In this document: positions 8,874-17,963 of the stretch, in pieces
Numbering within the stretch: the first letter of the stretch is position 1
How the letters are laid out: each line of letters opens with the position of its first letter
Assembly (NCBI GenBank): GCA_024641305.1
Contig: JAHEDI010000006.1
Span: 24,149 to 88,148 of the forward strand
Direction: 5' to 3'
Length of the DNA: 64,000 bases
Source of the DNA: a bacterium
GTDB taxonomy: Bacteria > Actinomycetota > Acidimicrobiia > Spongiisociales > JAENVV01
Made by a program: the position numbers and the translations under genes
Notes under the pieces: model-generated
Database searches by the model: none
What the model was told of the DNA's origin: nothing
What the model saw: only the letters and a program-made list of their open reading frames with translations

Positions 8874-9713
8874 ATGTCGATGAACGTGAGGGCCGCCCTC
8901 GTCCAGTCCGAATGGACCGGTGACACGGATTCGATGATCGAAAAGAACATCGGGTACGCCCGGGATGCCGCCAACGATGGCGCTCAAGTTCTCTGTTTCC
9001 AGGAGATCTTCTCGGCCCCCTACTTCTGCACGGTGCAAGATCGCAGCTTCTTCTCCTACGCCGAGGAGATGCCGGGACCCACCACCGACCGCATGGTGGA
9101 TCTCGCCAAAGAAACCGGAATGGTGCTTGTCGTCCCGATGTTCGAGAAGGTCGACGACGGGACCTACTACAACACCGCGGCCGTCATCGACGCCGACGGC
9201 AGCTTCCTTGGCAAATATCGTAAGAACCACATCCCCCAGGTGCAGGGGTTCTGGGAGAAGTTCTACTTCCGGCCAGGCAACCTCGGCTATCCGGTTTTCG
9301 ACACTGCCGTAGGAAAGGTAGGCGTCTATATCTGTTACGACCGGCACTTCCCGGAGGGTTGGCGGGAGCTTGGTCTCAACGGGGCCAAGATCGTGTTCAA
9401 CCCATCGGCTACCACCCGTGGCCATTCCAAATATCTCTGGCAGCTCGAACAGCCGGCCGCCGCCGTCGCCAACGAGTACTTCGTCGGGGCCATCAATCGG
9501 GTAGGCCCCGAGCCTGCCGAAGACACCGACTACTACGGCTCGTCATACTTCGTGGACCCTCGCGCCCGGCTCGTCGGAGAAGTGGCATCTGACCAAAAGG
9601 ACGAAGTCATCGTCCGCGATCTCGATATATCGATGATCGAAGAAACTCGCAACTACTGGCAGTTCTTTCGCGATCGCCGACCCGACACCTACACCCAGAC
9701 CGGGGCGATCTGA
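8874..9713 (+). CDS. Carbon-nitrogen hydrolase, beta-ureidopropionase/N-carbamoylputrescine amidase-like
   Basis: ORF 8805..9713 trimmed to ATG 8874, which follows the AAGGAG SD. Nitrilase-superfamily motifs (CFQEIF, YRKNHIP, ICYDRHFPE). Confidence 0.8.
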   Translation: MSMNVRAALVQSEWTGDTDSMIEKNIGYARDAANDGAQVLCFQEIFSAPYFCTVQDRSFFSYAEEMPGPTTDRMVDLAKETGMVLVVPMFEKVDDGTYYNTAAVIDADGSFLGKYRKNHIPQVQGFWEKFYFRPGNLGYPVFDTAVGKVGVYICYDRHFPEGWRELGLNGAKIVFNPSATTRGHSKYLWQLEQPAAAVANEYFVGAINRVGPEPAEDTDYYGSSYFVDPRARLVGEVASDQKDEVIVRDLDISMIEETRNYWQFFRDRRPDTYTQTGAI

Positions 9714-9743
9714 ACCCGATCGACCGCCGATGGGCTCCTGGCA

Positions 9744-10562
9744 CTATGGCGCGGCCGCCGCCAGCCCGGCCGTCAGCACGACAAAAAGGCCGAGCACCAC
9801 TTGCTGGGCACCGACGATGGCAATCGCCGGCGGAGGTCGACGAACCAGCCACAGGTGAACGACGGCCAGGACCACAATCGCCGACCATCCGACCCACGGG
9901 ACAAACCCGGCAACGGCACCCAAAACGACGACCAGCACGGCCAGAACCTGCCCGAGGTCGCTGACAGTCCGCTTATGAGGCTGTTGCTTGGCCCTGAGCA
10001 ATTGAACCCGCACGAAGATCACGGCCGCCATCGATCTCGCCGCGATCACCAACCACAAACCGCCTGCCACCGACGGCGAAGCGCCGCCGACCAGACCAAC
10101 GGCCGCCGCCACCGATCCAATCCCGATGGTCCCGGCCAACTCGGGTACGAGCCTACGACTGCGAGACCGGATGTCGTACCACCATTCAACGGCCACCAGC
10201 GGAGCAGCCACTGCGAGCGGAGCCAGAAATCGCAGACTTCGGCCCAGGGTAAGTCCAACCAATAAAACCGTCAGGAGGCCCGCTTCTGCAGCTGCCACCT
10301 TCCGGGCCAGAACAGTCCGGGGAAGTTCTCGCCGCCGCCGGTGGTCCACCATGACCATCTTCAACGGAGTTCGCAGCAAGAACCCGACCAGGGTGACGAA
10401 CCCGAGCACAACGCCGGACCATGAGAACGCCACCAGAAGACCGAGCAGAACCGGTTCGATCGCAAAGGCCCAACCACCGTGCTCAGCGGGGATGGCAACC
10501 ATCGCCAGCGTTGGCCGCGCGACTGCGGACATCTCGGGGCCAGGGACAGGGTCAGGAGTCAC
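9744..10562 (-). CDS. Polytopic integral membrane protein of unknown function
   Basis: 272 aa, very hydrophobic, 7-8 predicted TM segments. GTG start. Confidence 0.5.
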   Translation of the reverse strand: MTPDPVPGPEMSAVARPTLAMVAIPAEHGGWAFAIEPVLLGLLVAFSWSGVVLGFVTLVGFLLRTPLKMVMVDHRRRRELPRTVLARKVAAAEAGLLTVLLVGLTLGRSLRFLAPLAVAAPLVAVEWWYDIRSRSRRLVPELAGTIGIGSVAAAVGLVGGASPSVAGGLWLVIAARSMAAVIFVRVQLLRAKQQPHKRTVSDLGQVLAVLVVVLGAVAGFVPWVGWSAIVVLAVVHLWLVRRPPPAIAIVGAQQVVLGLFVVLTAGLAAAAP

Positions 10563-10618
10563 CCGGCAAGTCTACAAATACAATAGGATGTGGAACCTGG
10601 ACCGCCAGGAGGTGAATC

Positions 10619-11626
10619 ATCAACGCCGCTCTGAGAGGCCTTCCCAAGGCCGAGCTTCACTGTCATATTGAAGGAACCCTTGAACCCGAAATGCAGTTCG
10701 CTCTGGCGAGCCGCAACGGCCAAATCGGTCGCTATTCATCCGTCGAAGAACTCAGAGCCGCATACGATTTCACCGACCTCCAGTCCTTCCTCGATATCTA
10801 CTACGAAGGGGCGGCGGCCTTAAGGACGGAGGAAGACTTTTTCGACCTCACCTGGGCGTACCTGGAACGTGCCGCTGCCGACGGCGTGCGCAGGGCGGAG
10901 ATTTTCTTTGATCCCCAAACCCATACCGAACGGGGCATCAGCCTGGAGACGGTAATGAACGGGATCGGGGCGGCCCTTGATCGCAGCACCGAGTTGGGGA
11001 TCTCGACCGGACTGATTCTGTGCTTTCTACGTCATCTGGGCGCTATCGAAGCCCTCGCTACCCTCGAACAAGCCCTTCCCTATCGCAAACGGCTCCTCGG
11101 AGTGGGCCTCGATTCATCCGAGAGGGGTCTTCCGCCCGAGCTATTCGAGGCGACGTACGACCTGGCCAGACAGGAGGGCCTTCGACTAGTTGCCCACGCT
11201 GGCGAAGAAGGACCACCTGCGTACATCTGGCAGGCACTGGACGTGTTGGGCGTCGAACGTATCGACCACGGTGTGAGCGCAATCGAAGACCCGGCCCTCG
11301 TCGATCGACTGGCTGCCGATCAAATTGCCTTGACGATGTGTCCCTTATCGAATCTGAAACTCCACGTGGTGAGTGATCTCGCCGATCATCCGCTCGGTCG
11401 ATTACTCGACGCAGGCGTACGGGTGACCGTCAATTCCGACGACCCTGCCTATTTCGGTGGATACCTCGGCGCCAATTACGACGCCGTCGGTCGGGCGCTT
11501 GGCCTTGCGCCATCCGCACTGATTCAGCTGGCTCGTAACAGCCTTCAGGCGTCATTCCTACCCGAAGCAGACCCGATTTTTGCAGAGTTCGAGCAGGGCG
11601 TCGCAGCCTTGGAGTTGGTCGAATAA
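10619..11626 (+). CDS. add: Adenosine deaminase
   Basis: The ORF-track ATG at 10691 lies downstream of the conserved N-terminal metal-binding motif LPKAELHCHIEGTL, which is encoded in frame at 10640..10681. In-frame TGA at 10613..10615. Real start is probably a non-ATG codon (ATC 10616 or 10619, or CTG 10631) preceded by AGGAGG at 10607..10612. The remainder is a typical adenosine deaminase (HAGE, SDDP motifs). Confidence 0.8.
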   Translation: MNAALRGLPKAELHCHIEGTLEPEMQFALASRNGQIGRYSSVEELRAAYDFTDLQSFLDIYYEGAAALRTEEDFFDLTWAYLERAAADGVRRAEIFFDPQTHTERGISLETVMNGIGAALDRSTELGISTGLILCFLRHLGAIEALATLEQALPYRKRLLGVGLDSSERGLPPELFEATYDLARQEGLRLVAHAGEEGPPAYIWQALDVLGVERIDHGVSAIEDPALVDRLAADQIALTMCPLSNLKLHVVSDLADHPLGRLLDAGVRVTVNSDDPAYFGGYLGANYDAVGRALGLAPSALIQLARNSLQASFLPEADPIFAEFEQGVAALELVE

Positions 11627-11767
11627 CCAGGCGACCCGACCGACAATGCCGTGTTCGTTGACCCAAACGACCGACGCCACTCCACTCATCGGGTGGTGGG
11701 CGTACCGAACAGACTGATCTAGCCATTCGCGGGGATAGTCTGAAGTTCCCCTATCGTGGGTACACCT

Positions 11768-12061
11768 ATGCAGCTTGACATCACTCCCGAAGCCATAGCC
11801 CTGGTCCGCCGGAAGGGCGGGGTCATGGCCATCGACTTCATCCCCCCGATCAGTTGAGGCGGAAAGCTTGAGGTGTCGGTCGACACCTACCTCAAAGGCA
11901 AGGATCTGGCCCCCTATCAACGGGTGGAGGTCGACGATGTCCAACTGCATGTGTCGCCGGCACTGTCGACGTGGGCAGATCGAGCCACGGTGACCGTCAG
12001 GTCAGGAGCGCTTGGTAAGAGGTTTGAGATTCTCGCCGACCATAAACACCAACCAACGTGA
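11768..12061 (+). CDS. Candidate selenoprotein, HesB/IscA-like small protein with in-frame TGA at 11855..11857 (predicted Sec)
   Basis: ATG 11768 to TGA 11855 encodes MQLDITPEAIALVRRKGGVMAIDFIPPIS. The same frame continues through the track ORF 11873..12061. The joined 97-aa product resembles IscA/HesB (ITxxA..., KG...I.F....[C/U]GG), with the TGA at the position of the conserved Cys. A SECIS-like hairpin follows. Confidence 0.55.
11871..11888 (+). promoter_or_regulatory. SECIS-like hairpin (7-bp stem AGGTGTC/GACACCT, GGUC tetraloop) 16 nt after the in-frame TGA
   Basis: Read from the sequence. Loop GGUC at 11878..11881 lies 24-27 nt from the U of UGA. The E. coli fdhF SECIS has an identical GGUC apical loop at 22-25. 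Confidence 0.45.
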
Positions 12062-12172
12062 AGTCATTGAAGGAGCACCGGTCGGTGCTCTCCAGTAGTT
12101 GGTCAGACGGTCGACTCGCAGATGAATGGCGGAGGTTTTACAATCCGTAAAGTGACCGCGCGAGAGGATGAC

Positions 12173-12421
12173 ATGGAGCTAGCTGCCGAGTTTCTGGTTG
12201 AGCCTTTCTCAGAAGGTACGCCTGGTCCCCATGTGCAGGCGGCAGTTCGGGCCGTCGAGTCGACCGGACTGGTTGTAGACGTCGGACCGTTCGGCAACAC
12301 CACCGCCGGCGAAGCAACCACGGTTCTTGCGGCGGTTTGCTCGGCCATGACTGAGGCAATCAATGCTGGTGCTACCCGGGTGAGCCTCAACCTTATCCGT
12401 GGCGAAACCCCTACCCCATGA
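12173..12421 (+). CDS. MTH1187/YkoF-family (DUF77) small protein
   Basis: MELAAEFLVEPFSEGTPGPHVQAAVRAVESTGLVVDVGPFGNTTAGE matches the YkoF/MTH1187 fold family. Start set at the internal ATG 12173. Confidence 0.65.
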   Translation: MELAAEFLVEPFSEGTPGPHVQAAVRAVESTGLVVDVGPFGNTTAGEATTVLAAVCSAMTEAINAGATRVSLNLIRGETPTP

Positions 12422-12780
12422 GCCTTCAGACAACGTTCGCCGCGGCCCTCGAACCACTATTGCGGGTTATCGGCGCCACCGCCATCGACGCTGCAGACGC
12501 AACTGACTCGGACGTCGTGCTGGAATGGGCAGGTCGGCCGGCCGTGGCGATTCGCCTCGACTTCGCCGAAACCACCGCCGCTCAGGTGCGCGGTGTGGAG
12601 GCCGAATTCGGGGCTCCCCTGTCAGACCTGACCCGCGAACAAAAACAAATCGCAGTGCGGATTCTCGACGAGCGAGGAGCCTTTGCCCTACGAAAAGCCA
12701 TTGAAGACGTCGCGGATGCGATGGGTGTCAGTCGCATCACGATCTACAACTATCTCAATGCGATCAGAGAGGCTGACTGA
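12418..12780 (+). CDS. Putative transcriptional regulator with C-terminal helix-turn-helix
   Basis: 120 aa. C-terminal GVSRITIYNYLNAIRE HTH. ATGA overlap with the upstream gene. Confidence 0.5.
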   Translation: MSLQTTFAAALEPLLRVIGATAIDAADATDSDVVLEWAGRPAVAIRLDFAETTAAQVRGVEAEFGAPLSDLTREQKQIAVRILDERGAFALRKAIEDVADAMGVSRITIYNYLNAIREAD

Positions 12781-12835
12781 TGCCCCCTGATCGTGCAGCC
12801 GAAACCAGTCAATCAAGCGTCCCCGAAGGAGCATC

Positions 12836-14323
12836 GTGACAACTTCCATCATGGGTCTCTTCGACACCATCGTCGACGAGCAGGCCCTGACCAACACCAT
12901 CGAGCGTTTTCGGGAGCGTGATATTGCACTTCCGACGTTCGCCCAACTCGCCGATCCGTCGACGATGCCAGATGGCGTGAGAGACGCTCTTGCGAATGTG
13001 GGCCCGGACGATCCAGACCCTCGCAATCTGTGGCGGGTCAACTGGTACAACGATGAGCACCGGACCGGCCGAACGGATGTCCCGCTGTACGTCGAGATTC
13101 CCAGCGAATTAAGTGGCGTCGATGTCCGGATCCTCATGGCACTTGGGGACAAGTTCCCGATGATTCGCGCCCACAAAGTATTGGCAGCGTACGCCTGCCT
13201 GGCCCCCCGCATCGTCACCGGAGCGTTTGATCCGACTTTTCACCGGGCCATTTGGCCGTCGACCGGCAATTATGCCAGGGGCGGCGTCGCGATCAGCCGG
13301 ATCATGGGCTGCCGGGGGATGGCCGTTTTGCCCGAAGGCATGAGCCAGGAACGGTTCGACTGGCTCAACGAATGGACGGCGGGTCCTGAGGACATCCTGC
13401 GGACGACCGGGACCGAATCCAACGTCAAAGAGATCTATGACGCCTGTAACGAACTGGCCAAAGACCCGACCAATGTGGTCTTGAACCAGTTCTCGGAGTT
13501 CGCCAACCACCTTGGGCACTACTACGTCACCGGGCGGGCCCTCGAACACATCTACGAAGCGGCCGGCGGAGGAAACCTCGTAGCCTTTGTCTCGGCTTCC
13601 GGATCGGGGGGAACGATCGCGGCTGGCGACTACCTCAAAGAACGCCATGGATCCCGGATTGTGGCAGTCGAGGCCCTGGAGTGTCCCACGATGCTCTACA
13701 ACGGGTACGGTGAGCACAACATTCAAGGCATCGGCGACAAACACATTCCACTCATCCAGAATGTCATGAACACGGACGATGTGGCGGCCATCACCGACCA
13801 GGCTACCGACACGTTATTGCTGCTATTCAACACCCCGGCCGGAAAAGAATATCTCGTCAGTCAGGGACTCGACCCGGCGCTGGTCGATCAGCTCCAACAT
13901 CTCGGGTTCTCGTCAATCGCCAACCTGCTGGCGGCTATCAAAGTCGCCAAATTGCATGGCTTTGGAGCTGGCGACGTCATCGTCACCGTGGCGACCGACG
14001 GGTTCGAACTGTACAAGTCGGAAGTGGATAAGATCATCTCCCGGGACCATCCAGGCGGCTTCGGCGAAACGGCTGCCGCGGCAGCCCATGCCCGGTTCCT
14101 CACAGGTATCGATACCGATCACACGGTAGACATCGGGGCGATCGGGAGAAAACGGATATTCAATCTCGGCTACTACACGTGGGTCGAGCAGCAGGGCGTC
14201 GATTTCGAGTCGTTCGAAGCCAGACGATCCCAGAAGTTCTGGAAGGAACTCCATGGACACGTCGAACGTTGGGACGCCGCGATCAACGAATTCAACGCCC
14301 GGACCGGAGTGACGGTTGCCTGA
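12836..14323 (+). CDS. PLP-dependent enzyme, tryptophan-synthase-beta (fold type II) superfamily, cysteine-synthase-like with N-terminal extension
   Basis: 495 aa. Candidate PLP lysine in MIRAHKVLAAYA, plus STGNYARG and a glycine-rich GSGGT loop. GTG start 5 nt after GAAGGAG. Confidence 0.65.
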   Translation: MTTSIMGLFDTIVDEQALTNTIERFRERDIALPTFAQLADPSTMPDGVRDALANVGPDDPDPRNLWRVNWYNDEHRTGRTDVPLYVEIPSELSGVDVRILMALGDKFPMIRAHKVLAAYACLAPRIVTGAFDPTFHRAIWPSTGNYARGGVAISRIMGCRGMAVLPEGMSQERFDWLNEWTAGPEDILRTTGTESNVKEIYDACNELAKDPTNVVLNQFSEFANHLGHYYVTGRALEHIYEAAGGGNLVAFVSASGSGGTIAAGDYLKERHGSRIVAVEALECPTMLYNGYGEHNIQGIGDKHIPLIQNVMNTDDVAAITDQATDTLLLLFNTPAGKEYLVSQGLDPALVDQLQHLGFSSIANLLAAIKVAKLHGFGAGDVIVTVATDGFELYKSEVDKIISRDHPGGFGETAAAAAHARFLTGIDTDHTVDIGAIGRKRIFNLGYYTWVEQQGVDFESFEARRSQKFWKELHGHVERWDAAINEFNARTGVTVA

Positions 14324-15437
14324 CAATCCGTTCCTCCGGTACCGCCAACGCCTCGATTCATACCGACGCGCCATCGAAAACGGCTGGAGCGACCAGCGCT
14401 TCACCGAGCTTGTGAACCAAATCGATGAGGCGATCGCCTCGGTTGACGGCCATGGTTTCGAGACGACCCCGCTCACGGCGTACGGTCAGCTCCACCCGAG
14501 CGGCGACGAGGTCTGGGTGAAAGACGACACAAACAACGTCGGAGGATCCCACAAGGCCCGCCATCTCTTTGGAGTCGCGCTTGCTGAGGCCATCGATGGG
14601 GCGGAGTCTGGAGAACTGGCGATCGCGTCGTGTGGGAACGCCGCCATCGCAGCGTCTGTCATCGCCAGGGCCATAAGCCGGCCCCTACGCGTCTTTATCC
14701 CGACCTGGGCAGACCAGGCGATCGTCGATATTCTCCAAACCAACCAGGCGCAGATTGAGATCTGTCGGCGCCATCCGGACGAAACGGGTGATCCGACCTA
14801 CCTGCGATTCATGGAGGCGGTCGCCACGGGATCAACGCCTTTCTCAGTACAGAGCACGGCTACGCCATCGACGCTCGACGGTGGACGGACGATCGGATGG
14901 GAACTCGCCGACCAGCTCATCGAGGTGGGCGTCACGGGTGACCTGGGTCTCTTCATCCAGGTGGGCGGTGGGGCACTCGCCGCGGCCACCTGGCAAGGGA
15001 TTATGGAAGGTCTCGGCCAACAGTCAGCCATCAAACCGGTGCTGTTTGCCGTCCAAACCCAAGCCTGCGCTCCCCTGGCGCGAGCATGGGATCAACTGAT
15101 CGACGAAGTCGGCGCTGACCCGGCCACCCGTCTGGCCGTCGCTTCTGCCGATCCAGACAGGTTCATGAGGCCCTGGGAGCCGATTGGACAATCTGAGGCG
15201 ACCGGCATCCTCGACGATGTGACCTATGATTGGCTTCCGATCGTGGCCGGCATGCTCGCATCGGGCGGAGAGCCGATTGTTGTTGACGAAACGACGGTCG
15301 TCGCCGCCCACCAGCGGGGCCGAGCGATCACTCACATTGATGTAGAACCAACCGGCACTGCCGGCTATGCCGGGTTATTGGCCACCCGCCGCCCCGGCCA
15401 GGCAGTCGTGCTTTTCACCGGCGTCACCCGCTTCTGA
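14316..15437 (+). CDS. PLP-dependent enzyme, fold type II (threonine synthase/dehydratase-like)
   Basis: 373 aa. VWVKDDTNNVGGSHKAR lysine motif. Overlaps the upstream gene by 8 nt. Confidence 0.65.
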   Translation: MPDNPFLRYRQRLDSYRRAIENGWSDQRFTELVNQIDEAIASVDGHGFETTPLTAYGQLHPSGDEVWVKDDTNNVGGSHKARHLFGVALAEAIDGAESGELAIASCGNAAIAASVIARAISRPLRVFIPTWADQAIVDILQTNQAQIEICRRHPDETGDPTYLRFMEAVATGSTPFSVQSTATPSTLDGGRTIGWELADQLIEVGVTGDLGLFIQVGGGALAAATWQGIMEGLGQQSAIKPVLFAVQTQACAPLARAWDQLIDEVGADPATRLAVASADPDRFMRPWEPIGQSEATGILDDVTYDWLPIVAGMLASGGEPIVVDETTVVAAHQRGRAITHIDVEPTGTAGYAGLLATRRPGQAVVLFTGVTRF

Positions 15438-15458
15438 TCCACGAGGTAACTTCTCTGG

Positions 15459-16049
15459 ATGGAATTTTCTGAGGTCCTTGCCAAACGCAGAATGGTGCGC
15501 AATTACACGAACGAGCCGGTCAGTCGCGAACAGCTTGAGCGGATCGTACATGCCGGCGCCAGAGCTCCAAGCGCCGGTAACACCCGCGGTCAGTCATTTG
15601 TCGTCGTGACAGATCAAGCGACCCGGCGGGCCATTGCCCAACTGGCCGGCGAAGCACAGTATGTAGACATGGGCTTCGACCCCTGGGTGTCCAAAGCTCC
15701 CGCTCACATCATCATCGGGGTGTCCGAAGATGCCTATCACAGCCGATATCAGGAGGCCGACAAACTGGGTACCGACGGTGAGATCGAGTGGCCGGTCCCC
15801 TACTGGTGGGTCGACGCTGGGGCATCAATGATGGCGATACTGCTGGCTGCGGTTGACGAAGGTTTGGCGGCCGGTTTCCTCGGAGTGCACGCGTTCGACG
15901 AACTTGAGACGCTCGTTGGCATACCTTCTGATGTATCGGCGATCGGCATCGTCACCATCGGTCACCCCGCCACCGACCGCCGATCAGGGTCGCTCGACCG
16001 ACCGAGTCAGGTCGGCGTGCATTGGAATCAGTGGACCGCCGATGAATAG
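15459..16049 (+). CDS. Nitroreductase-family protein
   Basis: 196 aa. RRMVRNYTNEPVS..AGARAPSAGNTRGQSF nitroreductase signature. Confidence 0.75.
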   Translation: MEFSEVLAKRRMVRNYTNEPVSREQLERIVHAGARAPSAGNTRGQSFVVVTDQATRRAIAQLAGEAQYVDMGFDPWVSKAPAHIIIGVSEDAYHSRYQEADKLGTDGEIEWPVPYWWVDAGASMMAILLAAVDEGLAAGFLGVHAFDELETLVGIPSDVSAIGIVTIGHPATDRRSGSLDRPSQVGVHWNQWTADE

Positions 16050-16061
16050 GCGCTAACCCCG

Positions 16062-17135
16062 ATGTTCATCGATTCGATCAGCCTGTACACGGTCGAAATG
16101 ACGCTGAGGGATCCATTCACCACGGCAACCAGCAGCCAAACCAGTCGGACGTTGCTGATCCTGTCTGTCACCAGTGGTGACCTGGTCGGATGGGGTGAAT
16201 GTAGCGCTGATGGATCGGCCTACTGTCGCGGTGAGGATGCGGTGACGGCTCGGATGGCGCTCGAAGGAGTCGCCAGATCCCATATCGGAGACCTCGTCGA
16301 AGAACCCGCACCGTCGACCGAACTGGTCGCTTCACCGATGGCGGCTGCGGCGCTGGACGCCGCTCGCTGGGACCTCTACGCCAAATCCATCGGCGCCCCA
16401 CTGGCCAACGCCCTGGGCGGTTCGCTCAGACGGGTCGCCTCTCGGGCCGTCCTCGCCCAATCAACCGATCTGCTCGCCCGTGCGGACCAGGCAGTCACCG
16501 ACGGGTACCGATCGGTCAAGATCAAACTTTCGCCTGCCGAAGATTTGACCGATCTCCACAGCATCCGTTCGACATATCCCTCCATCGGAATCGCCGTCGA
16601 CTTCAACGGATCGGCCAGCCGGCATCGCCCCCCGCTGGCGTATTGGGAACGACTCGACGATCTCAACCTCGACTTTGTTGAGCAACCGTTCGATCCGTCC
16701 GATCGGGATGCCAGCCTCTGGTTGGTGGACCGATCTCCGACACCGATCTGCCTTGACGAAAGCGTGCGAAACGCCCATCAAGCTTCCTGGGCGATCGATC
16801 ACGGTTTTCTCGTCAACCTGAAAGCGGCCAAATTCGGAGGCCCAGGACAGGCCCGCCTCATCGGCAGGGCCTGTCCTGATGGGCGAGCCTGGTGGGGCGG
16901 GATGTTGGAGACCGGGATTGGACGAGCCCACACGCTCGCACTGGCGACGATCTCTGGCCCAACCCTTGCTTCGGATCTCGGCGCGTCCAGTCGGTATTAC
17001 GCGACCGACCTCACGGATCCAATCGAATTGGCCGAAGGCGGGATCCAACCATCGAACTCGCCGGGGATTGGTGTCACGGTCGATACCGAAAGGCTCGCGG
17101 CACTCAGCACCAGTTCTCCCGATCGATATTCCTAG
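16062..17135 (+). CDS. Enolase-superfamily enzyme (o-succinylbenzoate synthase / N-acylamino-acid racemase-like)
   Basis: 357 aa. Mandelate racemase/muconate-lactonizing-enzyme-like (KIKLSP, DFNGS, LDESV metal-ligand regions). Confidence 0.7.
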   Translation: MFIDSISLYTVEMTLRDPFTTATSSQTSRTLLILSVTSGDLVGWGECSADGSAYCRGEDAVTARMALEGVARSHIGDLVEEPAPSTELVASPMAAAALDAARWDLYAKSIGAPLANALGGSLRRVASRAVLAQSTDLLARADQAVTDGYRSVKIKLSPAEDLTDLHSIRSTYPSIGIAVDFNGSASRHRPPLAYWERLDDLNLDFVEQPFDPSDRDASLWLVDRSPTPICLDESVRNAHQASWAIDHGFLVNLKAAKFGGPGQARLIGRACPDGRAWWGGMLETGIGRAHTLALATISGPTLASDLGASSRYYATDLTDPIELAEGGIQPSNSPGIGVTVDTERLAALSTSSPDRYS

Positions 17136-17195
17136 AATTTCGTGTAACAATCACCCGCGACAAGGCACTTTCTGGGTGGAGGCTGAGATACACCA

Positions 17196-17905
17196 TGAGT
17201 ACATCCCCGATGGATGACCTGAAAGCATATGCCGCATCATTGACGGATTCCGTCTCAATGGCAGAGACTGACGCCGTGGTTGCTGGCGTCCTTCGCGCCC
17301 CCCGCGGAGGACGCCAGCCGGTCAAGCAGCGGGTAACCGCCGTTGGCGTCGTCATAGCAACATTTCTTTCAGCGAACGTGGGGTTGGCGGCTGCTTCGCA
17401 GAACGCCGCCCCCGGGGATGCTCTTTACGGGGTTGACCGTGCCTACGAACGGATTGCTGAGTTTGTGGGAATCAGCGATTCGCGCACCGAGGAACGCCTC
17501 CAGGAGGCGAACGACCTGGCCAATCGAGGCGACGCATCTGCTGCGTTAGCTGCGGCGTCAGCCGCGCTTGAGGCTGTGAGTTCGTCCCTGGAGGACCCCG
17601 GTTCGGACAGCTACCGCGAAGCGGCGAACTCAATCCGCCAGGCGTCCGAAGAGATCACCCACGCCATACCGGCGTCAGGGAATTCCCGTCCCGAATTCGT
17701 CAATGACATGATGACCGAAACCCGCATGATTGTTGAGTTGGCTCACCAGCTTCGTGATGCTGCCAAGACCGCCGGCAACGCCTCTGATGCTGCCAAGGAA
17801 CTCAACGACCGGGCCAAGGAGCTGTCCGAGAGAGCCAAGAACGAAAAGGCCAATAATTCGGACAAGGAAAATCCGAAGGACTCGAAGGACAACAGCCGGC
17901 CGTAG
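17196..17905 (+). CDS. Membrane-anchored alanine/glutamate-rich coiled-coil protein (possible anti-sigma-like)
   Basis: Track ORF 16892..17905 trimmed to ATG 17196 after the enolase gene ends. Single TM segment (VTAVGVVIATFLSANVGLAAA) and a low-complexity C-terminus. Lies directly upstream of an ECF sigma factor. Confidence 0.45.
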
Positions 17906-17963
17906 GTCGACAGCCAAGCCAATCGCCCGTTCTCTGCGCAAGGTCCTGTAGAGTTTCGAGGCC

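Noticed and set aside
11558-11950. 130-aa minus-strand ORF overlapping the add 3' end and the selenoprotein candidate
   Set aside because: No homology. Antisense to two supported coding regions.
13109-13744. 211-aa minus-strand ORF
   Set aside because: Antisense to the PLP-dependent enzyme gene.
16461-17150. 229-aa minus-strand ORF
   Set aside because: Antisense to the enolase-superfamily gene.
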